Below are positions 48,252-57,556 of a stretch of DNA of 64,000 nt, one piece after another. How positions within the stretch are numbered: the stretch's first letter is position 1; each line of letters opens with the position of its first letter. Origin of the DNA: Corallococcus caeni (GTDB taxonomy: Bacteria; Myxococcota; Myxococcia; Myxococcales; Myxococcaceae); the NCBI RefSeq assembly GCF_036245865.1, contig NZ_BTTW01000008.1, forward strand, positions 32,396 through 96,395, written 5' to 3'. A program made the translations under genes and the position numbers. Under the pieces are notes generated by a model, which searched no databases, had not been told where the DNA came from, and was given only the letters and a program-made list of their open reading frames with translations.

Positions 48252-48650
48252 TCAAGGACCGTAGGGATACATGTTCATTTGATCCGCGATGAGCGGGCGG
48301 CAGAGCAGCAGGAGCTGTGGCTCGTCCACGAACGAGGACCTCCGCGCCTTGAGGAAGCAGGACGCGGGATCATCCGAGGGCTGGGCGTACTGGCAGAGCT
48401 GGAGCGCTTGTGGATCCTCGAGGAACGCTCGCTCCTGGACCCGCTGGAAACACTTCGCCGGGGCGTCCGAACGGGCACCCTGGCAGAGCTGGGCCGCGAT
48501 GCTCTCGCTCACTCCGCTGCCCTCGCGCGCCGCTTCGAAGCAGGAGTATTGCGGCGCGCTCTCGGGCGGCTCCTCGACTTGCCCCATGGCCGGCACCCCA
48601 AGCAACGTGGCAACCAGCCCCCAGGCTCCTCTCCATGGCCCTCGCTTCAT
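48252..48650 (-). CDS. Secreted Cys-repeat protein (three CF...LC repeats)
   Basis: Signal peptide MKRGPWRGAWGLVATLLGVPAMG; SCFEAAREG..AAQLCQ / KCFQRVQERAFLEDPQALQLCQ / SCFLKARRSSFVDEPQLLLLC. Confidence 0.5.
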   Translation of the reverse strand: MKRGPWRGAWGLVATLLGVPAMGQVEEPPESAPQYSCFEAAREGSGVSESIAAQLCQGARSDAPAKCFQRVQERAFLEDPQALQLCQYAQPSDDPASCFLKARRSSFVDEPQLLLLCRPLIADQMNMYPYGP

Positions 48651-48733
48651 CGTGCACCCCCAGGAGAAGGTGGGGGAGGCATGGCCCGCATGCGAGAGAC
48701 GGACGGAAAGACAGGCGCCGTGCCCCGGCCGCT

Positions 48734-49078
48734 TCAGCCGTGCACGGTGCGACTGTCAGCGGGCACGGCCGCCCGGTCCTTCAGGCCGTAGTCCCTCACG
48801 ACGTGCGCCACGCGCAGGCGGTAGTCACTGAACACGCCTTCGCGGCCCTCGCGCTGGGCTTCACGGTGGGCCTCCAGCCGCCGCCATTCCGCCACCGCCG
48901 CCTCGTCGCGCCAGTAGGAGAGCGACACCAACTTTCCTGGCGCGCTCAAGCTCTGGAACCGCTCGATGGAGATGAAGCCATCAATGCCTGCCAGTAGCGG
49001 CCGCAGCTCCGCCGCGAGGTCCAGGTACCGCTGCCGATGCTCCTCGTGTGCCCAGACCTCGAAAATAACGGCAATCAT
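48734..49078 (-). CDS. Antibiotic-biosynthesis-monooxygenase (ABM) domain protein
   Basis: 114 aa MIAVIFEVWAHEEHRQRYLDLAAELRPLLAGIDGFISIERFQS; start overlaps the P450 stop by 1 nt. Confidence 0.7.
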   Translation of the reverse strand: MIAVIFEVWAHEEHRQRYLDLAAELRPLLAGIDGFISIERFQSLSAPGKLVSLSYWRDEAAVAEWRRLEAHREAQREGREGVFSDYRLRVAHVVRDYGLKDRAAVPADSRTVHG

Positions 49079-50196
49079 CACAGTCCTCCCAGGACGCGGG
49101 TGTTGGTGGATGCACGCCAGGTGACGGCGCCCGACAGCGGTGACAGGTCCAGTCCGGTCGCGAGCACGTGCTCCGCCGCCGCCGTGGCCATCGCCGTCGC
49201 CAGCAGCGGCCCCGGACAGGCATGCGCGCCCAGGCCGAAGGTGAAGGTCTGACGACCCACGCGCCGGGGCAGGAAGGCGTCGGGCCGCGGATTCTCCAGC
49301 GGATCCCGGTTCGCGGCGGCGAGCACGACGACCACGGTCGCACCGGCTTCCAGCTCCTGCCCCGCGACGGTCGCCGCCGCATGGGTAAAGCGCCGCGTGT
49401 TCTGGACCGGCGACTCGTAACGAACCGCCTCCTGGACCACGTCGTCGAGCGTGCACTCGCCCCGGGAGAGCTGTTCCCGCAGCGCGGGCTCCCGAGCGAT
49501 GGCCCGCAGAGTCGCCCCCAGGAGCCCGGCCGTCGCTTCATACGCCTGGGTTAGCAGGCCCACGGCGTTGGGGACGCGCAGTTCCTCCGCGCCAGGGCCC
49601 GACATGAGCCGGGCCGTGAACGCGGTCCTCGGTGTGGCCTGGAAGCAGGCCGCCACGCGCTCGTTCAGCCTCGCCGCGCCCTCGCTGCTCACCGTGGGCC
49701 CGGCGACCGAGCGGACATAAGACTCCACGTCCCGCACGGTCGCCTCCAGCGTGTCTTCCGGGAAGCCCAGCAGTGTCGCCAGCACGAACACGGGGAGCTG
49801 AAGCGCCGCGTCCGGCAGCCGCGACAGGGAGGGCTCAGCGAACAGCCGTTCCGCCTGGCGCCGGCTCTCCGTCTCCACCTCCCGCAGCGCCTCCGGCAGC
49901 GCGCGCGACAGGGTCTGCTTCACGGCGGGGTAGGGGCCTCCGTCGTTCATGCGCACCAGCCGTCCGAAGAGGGCCCCCGCGGCGCTACCCACCAGCTGCG
50001 GAGGCACGGGCTCCGCGCTCGGCCGGACCCGGCAGTGCTCGCTCGTGAGCACTGCGCGCACGGTGGCCGCGTCCGCCGCGATCCATGGCGCGAACCCGCG
50101 GATGCGGTGCAGTCCGCCTGGGGTGCGAAGCTCCGTGTAGTACGGGTAGGGGTCGGGGTGGGTGACGGCCTGATACGGGTCGGTGGGCGGTGTCAT
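49078..50196 (-). CDS. Cytochrome P450
   Basis: Heme-binding loop FGLGAHACPG; ExxR (EAVRYESP); trimmed from 50424. Confidence 0.85.
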   Translation of the reverse strand: MTPPTDPYQAVTHPDPYPYYTELRTPGGLHRIRGFAPWIAADAATVRAVLTSEHCRVRPSAEPVPPQLVGSAAGALFGRLVRMNDGGPYPAVKQTLSRALPEALREVETESRRQAERLFAEPSLSRLPDAALQLPVFVLATLLGFPEDTLEATVRDVESYVRSVAGPTVSSEGAARLNERVAACFQATPRTAFTARLMSGPGAEELRVPNAVGLLTQAYEATAGLLGATLRAIAREPALREQLSRGECTLDDVVQEAVRYESPVQNTRRFTHAAATVAGQELEAGATVVVVLAAANRDPLENPRPDAFLPRRVGRQTFTFGLGAHACPGPLLATAMATAAAEHVLATGLDLSPLSGAVTWRASTNTRVLGGL

Positions 50197-50259
50197 CGGT
50201 CCTCGCTTCCGGGCACTCTCCTCCCGAAGCCCTGTCCGTGTGCTAGGAAATGGTTCGCC

Positions 50260-50943
50260 ATGGACCGAACGATGAATGCAGGGCCGGACCTCACGACGCT
50301 GGCGGGAGCCGTGGGGGACGCCACGCGGATCCGGATGCTGGAGCTGCTCATGGAGGGACGTTCGCTCGTCGCCAAGGAGCTCGCGTTCGGCACGGGCGTC
50401 AGCCCCGCGACGGCGACCGCGCACCTCCAGCGGTTGGAGCAGGCCCGACTGGTCCGCTCCACGAAGCAGGGCCGCAACAAGGTGTTCCGCCTGGCCACGC
50501 CCACCGTGGCGCGCATGGTGGAGGCGTTGATGACCGTGGCGGTCCGGGGACCCCGTGCGTCAGCGACCCCGGAGCCCCTGCGGGCCGCGCGCTACTGCTA
50601 CGACCACCTGGCGGGGCGGTTGGGCATGGGCATCACCGACGCGCTGCTCCGGGCCGGGCACCTGTCCCTCCGCCGCCACGCCTTCGCGCTCACCCCGAGC
50701 GGCGAGGCCTGGTTCCAGGACTTCGGCATCGACCTGGAGCCCGTGCGTGAGCAGCGGCGCCACTTCGCCCACCGCTGCCTGGATTGGAGCGAGCGGCGCG
50801 ACCACCTCGCGGGGGCGCTGGGCGCGGCGCTCGCCTCCCGGGTGTTCTCGCTGGGGTGGGTGGAGCGTCAGCCCGACTCCCGAGGCCTCATCGTCACGCC
50901 TGGAGGCCAGCGGGGGCTCAAGCGTCACTTCGGCGTGACGTAG
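50260..50943 (+). CDS. ArsR/SmtB-family winged-helix regulator with C-terminal extension
   Basis: IRMLELLMEGRSLVAKELAFGTGVSPATATAHLQRLEQARLVRSTKQGRNKVFRL. Confidence 0.75.
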   Translation: MDRTMNAGPDLTTLAGAVGDATRIRMLELLMEGRSLVAKELAFGTGVSPATATAHLQRLEQARLVRSTKQGRNKVFRLATPTVARMVEALMTVAVRGPRASATPEPLRAARYCYDHLAGRLGMGITDALLRAGHLSLRRHAFALTPSGEAWFQDFGIDLEPVREQRRHFAHRCLDWSERRDHLAGALGAALASRVFSLGWVERQPDSRGLIVTPGGQRGLKRHFGVT

Positions 50944-51776
50944 GCCGCGGCGGAGGCGTCCGCGCGCTCCCGCGTGCGCTGGATGGCGACGGACACCGCC
51001 TCACCCACGACGCGGGAGAGGCCCTGGGCTTCCAGCGTCTTCAGCCCCGCCTCGGTGATGCCACCCGGGGTCGCCACCTCCGCGATGAGCCGTGGCGTGG
51101 AGGCGTCCGGTTCGGCCAGCAGCTTCGCCGCGCCGATGAGCGTTCCCCGCGCGAGCTCCGCTGCCTCCGCCGCGTCCATCCCGTGCGCCATCGCGGCCTG
51201 GGCCAGCGCCTCCACGAACCGGAAGACATACGCGGGGCCCGTGCCGGACACGCCGGTGCACACCGTGAGCGCTTCCTCGGACACCCACAGCGGGCGGCCT
51301 GTCGCCGCGAAGAGGGACTCCGTGGCCCGCCGCGCGGCCTCCGTCACCCGCGTCCCGGGCGTCAGGGGCGTCACCCCCGCGCCCACGCGCACGGGCGTGT
51401 GGGGCATGGCGCGGAGCACGGAGACGCTGAGGGGCAGCGCCGCCTCCAACTGCGCGAGCCGCACGTCCGCGGACAGCGACACCACCGCCTGCCCCGCCTC
51501 CAGGGCAGGGGCGATGAGCGCCATCAGGTCGCGCATCTGCGCCTGTCGGACGACCAGCAGGACCACCGCCGCGCCTCGCACAGCCTGCGCGTTGTCCGTG
51601 AGGACGTTCACGCCGTAGCGGGAGCGCAGCTCCTCGCCGCGCTCGGGCCGGCGAACGGTGACGCGGAGGTCGGACGGGCGCGCGTGGCCGGAGCGCAGCA
51701 GCCCCTGGATGATGGCTTCGGCGAGCTTGCCGCCTCCGAGGAGGGCGACGGGTGCGGGAACGGGATGGGAGGCCAT
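50925..51776 (-). CDS. proC: Pyrroline-5-carboxylate reductase
   Basis: VALLGGGKLAEAIIQGL Rossmann; conserved C-terminal dimerisation region PGGITEAGL. Confidence 0.9.
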   Translation of the reverse strand: MASHPVPAPVALLGGGKLAEAIIQGLLRSGHARPSDLRVTVRRPERGEELRSRYGVNVLTDNAQAVRGAAVVLLVVRQAQMRDLMALIAPALEAGQAVVSLSADVRLAQLEAALPLSVSVLRAMPHTPVRVGAGVTPLTPGTRVTEAARRATESLFAATGRPLWVSEEALTVCTGVSGTGPAYVFRFVEALAQAAMAHGMDAAEAAELARGTLIGAAKLLAEPDASTPRLIAEVATPGGITEAGLKTLEAQGLSRVVGEAVSVAIQRTRERADASAAAYVTPK

Positions 51777-51791
51777 GGCTGGAGTCTACTC

Positions 51792-52568
51792 CTACAGCTT
51801 CACGCCCACGGTGGTCCGCAGCTGCGTGTCCAGCGGCGGCACCGTCGCGGGCGGCGCGCTGTCGTAGGTGAGGTTGAAGCCGATGCCCACCGTGACCCGG
51901 GGGTTGGGCGTCACCGCGAACAACGTCTCGTTGAGCACGCGCAGGTCGGAGGGGCGGGTGACGCGCGGCTGGAAGTAGACCGTCTCCACCAGCTGGATGT
52001 TCTGCATCAGCCTCACCCGTCCCAGCAGATAGCTGGACACGCGTGGATCCGTGTAGCGGTCTCCCGCGTCCGGCTCGCCATCCTTGCGCAGCCGCTCGTG
52101 CTCCAGCATCAGCGCCACGCCGAAGGTGAGCCCCGTGGCCTCCTCATTGACCAGCACGAAGCGGGGACCCGCGCCCAGCAGGATCCGGAGCTGGAGCCGG
52201 CGGAACTCGTTGTACTCGTGCTGCGCGAAGGCCTCGCCCGACACCAGGTCGCTGAACTGGCGCCGGTAGCGCACGTGCTCCAGCACCTGGCTGACGATCC
52301 GCTCGCCGCTGGCGAACGAGTACTCACCCCGGATGACGCCCAGCCAGACCTCGCGCTCCGAGCGCAGCTGACCCACCAGCGAGCCGCGAATCGAGAACAG
52401 CTGCGTGCTGCCCGTGCGCCAGTCGCCGCCCAGCTCGATGGCCGCGGCCGGCCCCAGCTCCGCCTTCTCGTCGAAGAGCGCCTGCACGTTGACGATCTGT
52501 GCCACCGCGCCGCTCGCGTGGAGCAGCACCACCAGCACCACCCACCCACCTCGCTTCAGGAAACCCAT
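51792..52568 (-). CDS. DUF481 family outer-membrane beta-barrel protein
   Basis: Signal peptide; alternating beta-strand pattern ending in aromatic residues. Confidence 0.6.
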   Translation of the reverse strand: MGFLKRGGWVVLVVLLHASGAVAQIVNVQALFDEKAELGPAAAIELGGDWRTGSTQLFSIRGSLVGQLRSEREVWLGVIRGEYSFASGERIVSQVLEHVRYRRQFSDLVSGEAFAQHEYNEFRRLQLRILLGAGPRFVLVNEEATGLTFGVALMLEHERLRKDGEPDAGDRYTDPRVSSYLLGRVRLMQNIQLVETVYFQPRVTRPSDLRVLNETLFAVTPNPRVTVGIGFNLTYDSAPPATVPPLDTQLRTTVGVKL

Positions 52569-52712
52569 GTGCTACCGCTGTGCCTGCTTGCGCGCTCCTG
52601 TTCAACCCCGTTGTGCGGCCCCCCGGCATGTCGGTCCGGCGCTTGACGGCAACACCGGAGCGGAGCATGCCTGCGCCGTTCCCCAGGCCCTTCCCCTGTC
52701 CGGAGTCCGCCC

Positions 52713-53600
52713 ATGCAGGTCCACATCATCGATGCCTTCACCCGCACCGCCGGTGCAGGAAATCGCGCGGGCGTGGTGCTCGACGCCTCGGCGCTGGACG
52801 TCCCCACGATGCAGCGGACCGCCGCGGCCGTCAGCGCGTCGGAGACCGCCTTCCTCCTGTCCCGGCCCGGCGACGCCACCGTGCGCCTGCGCTACTTCAC
52901 GCCCGTGGATGAGATCCCCTTCTGTGGCCACGCCACCGTGGCCACCTTCCACCTGCTCGCGGAGAAGGGGCTGCTGAAGAGCCCGGGGACGTACACGCTG
53001 GAGTGCCCCGGCGGCACGTTCGCCATCGAGCTGGAGCCCCAGGGCGGCCGTGGGACTCGCGTGTGGATCACCACGCCCCAGCCGCCGGTGCAGCCCAACC
53101 CCGTGGCGCTGGAGGCGCTGATGGCGACGCTCGGCGGGACGGCCGCGCAGGTGGACCCGTCGCTGCCGGTGATCCGCCAGGGCCACCGGCTGGTGGTGCC
53201 GCTCCTGCGGCTCGCGGACCTGGAGGCCCTGACGCCGCGAGGCGCCGCGATGAACGCGCTGCTGATGCCGCACGGCTTGCGAGGCGTCTACCTCTTCACC
53301 CGTGAGGCGAAGGAGGAGGGGAGCGTGGCCCAGGCGCGCTACTTCGTCCCGGGGTTCGGCATCCTGGAGGATCCGGTGACGGGCTCCGCCGCGGGGCCGC
53401 TGGCGGCGTACCTCGCCGAGCACGGGAGCCTTCGCCTGCCAGCGGAAGGCGGCACGGTGGCGAGCCGCATCGAGCAGGGCGACACGCTGGGCAAGCCGGG
53501 CCGCATCGACATCCAGGTCGCCGGGCGGCCGGGCCACATCGAGCGCGCCCGCGTGGGCGGCGTTGCGCTGACCGTGATGGACGCCACGCTGCTCGCGTAG
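52713..53600 (+). CDS. PhzF family isomerase-like protein
   Basis: MQVHIIDAFTRTAGAGNRAGVVLDA...ETAFLL...RYFTP..EIPFCGHATVA. Confidence 0.85.
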   Translation: MQVHIIDAFTRTAGAGNRAGVVLDASALDVPTMQRTAAAVSASETAFLLSRPGDATVRLRYFTPVDEIPFCGHATVATFHLLAEKGLLKSPGTYTLECPGGTFAIELEPQGGRGTRVWITTPQPPVQPNPVALEALMATLGGTAAQVDPSLPVIRQGHRLVVPLLRLADLEALTPRGAAMNALLMPHGLRGVYLFTREAKEEGSVAQARYFVPGFGILEDPVTGSAAGPLAAYLAEHGSLRLPAEGGTVASRIEQGDTLGKPGRIDIQVAGRPGHIERARVGGVALTVMDATLLA

Positions 53601-53766
53601 CGGGGGCTCCCTCCAATGGCAGACACCGGGGCTCGCCAGCCCCGGACCCTTGATGCCTCCCGGGGGCGCGGCCAACTTGGAGGGTGGGATAATCCCATCC
53701 CCGCTCGAGTCACCGGGGCGGTCCAGCGGCCGGGCGCCAGCCGGACGCCACCGGGGGAGGACGTCA

Positions 53767-54432
53767 ATGGCAACCGCGAACAAGAACCCGGGGGCCCAGG
53801 GGGGGCCTTCTTCCCCGCCCGGCGTGAAGAACGCCCAGCCCGACGTGCAGGGCGGCGGCTTGCAGGCCCAGGAGCCCAGGACGGGCGCTGGCATCACCCG
53901 CCGCGAGTCCCTTGCACAGGCCCTCGGCCGTGAGGCCATTCCCGCGAGCCCGTTCGGATTGCTGCGGCGGATGCTGGAGGACATGGACCAGCTCGTCACC
54001 GGCTTCGGAGGCCGGGGCCTCGGCCTCCGCGGTGGCCTGCTGGAGGAAGGCCTCTGGTCGCCGCAGGTGGACGTGCTGGAGCGGAACGGCAACCTCATCG
54101 TGAAGGCGGACCTGCCGGGCATGAAGCAGGAGGACATCCACGTCGAGCTGCTGAAGGACCTGCTCGTGATTGAAGGCGAGCGCAGCTTCGAGGTGGAGGA
54201 GGAAGAGGAGGCCGAAGGGGTCTGGAGCCTGGAGCGCGGCAGCGGCTCCTTCCGCCGCGTCATCCCGATTCCGGAAGACATCGACCTGGAGACGGTGCAG
54301 GCGAACTTCGAGAACGGCGTGCTGGAGATCTCCCTGAAGCTCCCGGAGCAGGTGATCCAGGGCAAGCGCATCGAGGTGAAGGGCGGCTCGAGCGAGAAGG
54401 CCCGGCTGAAGCCTGGGAAGCCCATCCACTGA
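53767..54432 (+). CDS. Hsp20/alpha-crystallin small heat-shock protein with Gly-rich N-terminal extension
   Basis: WSPQVDVLERNGNLIVKADLPGMKQEDIHVELLKDLLVIEGER...GSFRRVIPIPEDIDLETVQANFENGVLEISLKLP. Confidence 0.85.
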   Translation: MATANKNPGAQGGPSSPPGVKNAQPDVQGGGLQAQEPRTGAGITRRESLAQALGREAIPASPFGLLRRMLEDMDQLVTGFGGRGLGLRGGLLEEGLWSPQVDVLERNGNLIVKADLPGMKQEDIHVELLKDLLVIEGERSFEVEEEEEAEGVWSLERGSGSFRRVIPIPEDIDLETVQANFENGVLEISLKLPEQVIQGKRIEVKGGSSEKARLKPGKPIH

Positions 54433-54449
54433 CGGGACGGGCGCGCGGC

Positions 54450-55145
54450 TCAGTGCCTGTGTCGGTGGCCCTCGTCCTCCACGACGGCCGCCGCCACCTT
54501 CTCCGCCGAGCCGCGCAGCTCCTCCTCGGACGGTGAGTGCCAGGACTCGAAGGCGAACAGCTTTCGCATCAGCTTGCCGGCCTGATAGCCCGGCCGCAGG
54601 CCGATGGCGTCGAACATCCACGCCAGCGCCTGGTCCGCGAAGGTGGACCAGGCCTCCTCACAGCCCGTGGCCTCCATGGTGAGGTTCATCGTGGTGACGA
54701 TTCCATCCGACAGCGCGAGCGCCCGGATGTCGTGGTCGCCCGGCCCCGAAGGCAGGTCCCGCTTCAGCGCCTCGAAGTGGGCGTCCAGCTTGAACAGCCA
54801 TTGGCGCGACCGCTCCAGCGCGTCGAGCATGAGCTGGAGGTTGTATTCCACGTCCATGTTTGGCGTGGGCTTCTGCCTGAAGAAGCGATGACACCAGCAG
54901 TAGCCGCCGAAGCTCTCATTGCCCAGATACAGGCCCGTCTCCGTGTACCAGGGCCCCAGGTTCTGGTGGAGCAGCCGCTGGATGTGTTTGGCCATCGTGT
55001 CGTGCTGCTCGTCCGTGAGCTTGCGCGTCCCCGGGGGCACGCGTGGTGCCAGGTATTCACGCAGCAGGCGGATGAGCTTCTCCGGCTCATACCCCTCCAG
55101 GCTGTCGCGGATGCGCAGCCAATGGCCCAGGGCCGACCTGCTCAT
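54450..55145 (-). CDS. Hypothetical protein, paralogue A (GGYCWCH motif family)
   Basis: LGPWYTETGLYLGNESFGGYCWCHRFFRQKPTPNMDVEYNLQLMLDALERSR; start overlaps paralogue B stop (ATGA). Confidence 0.6.
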   Translation of the reverse strand: MSRSALGHWLRIRDSLEGYEPEKLIRLLREYLAPRVPPGTRKLTDEQHDTMAKHIQRLLHQNLGPWYTETGLYLGNESFGGYCWCHRFFRQKPTPNMDVEYNLQLMLDALERSRQWLFKLDAHFEALKRDLPSGPGDHDIRALALSDGIVTTMNLTMEATGCEEAWSTFADQALAWMFDAIGLRPGYQAGKLMRKLFAFESWHSPSEEELRGSAEKVAAAVVEDEGHRHRH

Positions 55146-55807
55146 ACGGCCACCTCCGCCACCCGCGCCGCCGCGGTCCGGAGGGCTTCCGGGGTGGGCG
55201 AGATCCACGACTCGAACACGAAGGCGGTGTCCAGCTGCTCCTGCGTGGCGTCCGACAGGGGCAGCCCCATCGCCTCGATGCACCACGACATGGCGTCCTG
55301 CGCGACCTGGTACCAGGTCTCCTCACAGGACGTCGTCTCCGCCGTCAACTCCACGGTCCGCACCAGCCCCTCCGCGAGCGCCTTCGCCCGGAGCGCCTGG
55401 TCGTCAGCCGCCAGCTCGAGCTGACGGCGCGCGGTCTGGTACACGCCGTCCAGCGCGTACAGGAACGAACGGATCCGCTCCAGCGCCTCCAGCATGAGCT
55501 GGATGTTCGCATCCACGTCCATCGTCCGATGCGGCGGGTTCTGGTTGAAGAACGAGTGACACCAGCAATAGCCCCCCAGCACTTCGTTGCCCAGGGGCAG
55601 GCCGCTCTCGATGTACCAGGGCCCCAGTTCGGCCTGGAGCAGGTCCTTCACGGCGTTCTTCGCCTGCTTGAGTCGGGCCTGATGGATGCTGCCGGACCGC
55701 AAGGGGGCCAGGACCTCTCGCAGCCGGGCCGCCAGTGATTGCGGCGCATAGGCATCCAGGCTGTCGCGGATGCGGCGCCACGTGAAAGCCGAAGCGTTGC
55801 TGGTCAT
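55142..55807 (-). CDS. Hypothetical protein, paralogue B (GGYCWCH motif family)
   Basis: LGPWYIESGLPLGNEVLGGYCWCHSFFNQNPPHRTMDVDANIQLMLEALERIR; start overlaps the Fic stop (ATGA). Confidence 0.6.
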   Translation of the reverse strand: MTSNASAFTWRRIRDSLDAYAPQSLAARLREVLAPLRSGSIHQARLKQAKNAVKDLLQAELGPWYIESGLPLGNEVLGGYCWCHSFFNQNPPHRTMDVDANIQLMLEALERIRSFLYALDGVYQTARRQLELAADDQALRAKALAEGLVRTVELTAETTSCEETWYQVAQDAMSWCIEAMGLPLSDATQEQLDTAFVFESWISPTPEALRTAAARVAEVAV

Positions 55808-56574
55808 TCGGGCACCTCGTTGCGGCACGGGGCGTCCGGCCCCGCGATGCTCCGGGCCAGCAGCCTTGCCAGCCGCGTGTAGTTCACCGCGTCCCCCGGA
55901 TGCTTGGGCCACAGCACCACGGGCGCCAGCGGCGGCGTGGGCAGCCGGCCCCGGCGCAGCATGTATTCCAACCACAGCCGCGCCGCGCGGGCGTTGCCGT
56001 CCGGGAAGGGGTGGAAGAAACACAGGTCCAGGTACAACCGCGTGGCATGCGCCACCGGATGGCGTTCCTCCCGCGCGTCCGCCTCCACCTTCTCGCGGAA
56101 GGCCGCCTCCAGGCCGGGCACGTGCGCGTAGCGGTGCGCGCCACCCCACGCGAAGGCGTCCCCGGTGCGGAAGCCCGTGGGTCCGCCCAGCAGCTCCGAC
56201 TGGACCTCCACCATCCGGGGGAAGGTCAGCGGCTCGCCCGCGTCCGCGAGCCGCCGCACCCGGCCCAGGGCCCGCTCGAAGCGCTCCGTCCGCGCCGGCC
56301 CCTGGGATTCATGGGCCGGTGCGTCATGGCGGAGGAGGAAGTCCTCCTGGGCGCCCGTCTCCCGGAAGGGCTGCCTCGCCGCCGCCGCCAGGTCCGCCCG
56401 GAGCGCGGGCAGCGCCCAGTCCAGGGCGCGCGTGGCCTCCCGGTGGGGCGCGAGCTGCTCGGTGGAGGCGGGGGCTTTCACTCGGGGTCCGGGGGGAGGC
56501 GGGGGGCGGGAAGCCCAGCACGAAGCAGTCCGGGTGACAAACACCCCGGGCCTCGGGGCCCTCCTGTGGGTCAT
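55804..56574 (-). CDS. Fic/Doc family protein with variant motif (alternative shorter start at 56214)
   Basis: HPFPDGNARAARL versus canonical HPFx(D/E)GNGRxxR; trimmed because 56636..57556(+) encodes a real gene. Confidence 0.6.
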   Translation of the reverse strand: MTHRRAPRPGVFVTRTASCWASRPPPPPGPRVKAPASTEQLAPHREATRALDWALPALRADLAAAARQPFRETGAQEDFLLRHDAPAHESQGPARTERFERALGRVRRLADAGEPLTFPRMVEVQSELLGGPTGFRTGDAFAWGGAHRYAHVPGLEAAFREKVEADAREERHPVAHATRLYLDLCFFHPFPDGNARAARLWLEYMLRRGRLPTPPLAPVVLWPKHPGDAVNYTRLARLLARSIAGPDAPCRNEVPE

Positions 56575-56635
56575 GGAGTGGAGCCTGGGCGCACAATTGC
56601 GTAAACAAGCCGTTCTCGCAGGGAGAAGGCACTGA

Positions 56636-57556
56636 ATGAAGACGTTCCTCGTGGTCAACCCGCGCAGCGCCAACGGGCAGACGGGGAAGCGCTGGGTGGA
56701 GATCTCCGCGCTGGTGGGCAAGGTGCTCGGTGAGTTCGGGCACGGCTTCACCAGCGGCGGCATGGATGCGGCGCGTCTGGCGCGGCAGGCCATCGACGAC
56801 GGTTTTGAGTGCATCGTCGCGGTGGGCGGCGACGGCACCCTCAACGAGGTCACCAACGGCTTCTTCCGCGACGGGCAGGTCATCAACCCGCAGGCCACGC
56901 TGGCCCTGCTGCCCCGGGGTACCGGCGGCGACTTCCGCCGCACCTTCGGGTGGGACCTGGAGCTGACGTCCGCGCTGGAGCGGCTGCGCACGGAGAAGAC
57001 GGAGCCCTTCGACGTGGGGCGGCTGGAGTTCATCGACAACGACGGCAACCCGGCCACGCGCTTCTTCGCCAACATCGCCTCGTTCGGCGTGAGCGCGGTG
57101 GTGGCCCGCGAGGTGAACCAGGGCAGCAAGGCGCTGGGCGGCAACCTGAGCTTCATGTGGGGCACCGTGAAGGGCCTCCTGAAGTACCAGGAGCGGCAGG
57201 TGCGCCTCACGGTGGATGGTGGCCCCCCGGAGACGGTGAGCGTCACCGCGGTGGCCGTGGCCAACGGCCGCTACTTCGGCAGCGGCATGTTCGTCGCGCC
57301 CGATGCGGTGACGCACGACGGCCTCTTCGACGTCACCATCTGGTCCAACTACGGCCTGTCCGACTTCGTCCTCAAGTCCAAGGGCGTCTACAACGGCGAC
57401 CACGTCACCTGGAAGGGCACGCGGCGGCTGCGCTGCCGCACCATCCACGCGGAGTCGGAGGACGGCGACGTGTTCCTGGACGTGGACGGCGAGACGCCGG
57501 GCCGGCTGCCCTGCACCATGACGATGTTGCCCGGCGCCATCCGCCTCAAGGTCTAG
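56636..57556 (+). CDS. Diacylglycerol/lipid kinase catalytic-domain protein (YegS/BmrU-like)
   Basis: FLVVNPRSANGQTGKRW...CIVAVGGDGTLNEVTNG...LPRGTGGDF. Confidence 0.85.
   Translation: MKTFLVVNPRSANGQTGKRWVEISALVGKVLGEFGHGFTSGGMDAARLARQAIDDGFECIVAVGGDGTLNEVTNGFFRDGQVINPQATLALLPRGTGGDFRRTFGWDLELTSALERLRTEKTEPFDVGRLEFIDNDGNPATRFFANIASFGVSAVVAREVNQGSKALGGNLSFMWGTVKGLLKYQERQVRLTVDGGPPETVSVTAVAVANGRYFGSGMFVAPDAVTHDGLFDVTIWSNYGLSDFVLKSKGVYNGDHVTWKGTRRLRCRTIHAESEDGDVFLDVDGETPGRLPCTMTMLPGAIRLKV

Noticed and set aside
55804-57264. 486-aa minus-strand ORF treated as a single gene
   Set aside because: 5' two-thirds is antisense to the lipid-kinase gene (56636..57556 +). Trimmed to the Fic-domain gene 55804..56574.
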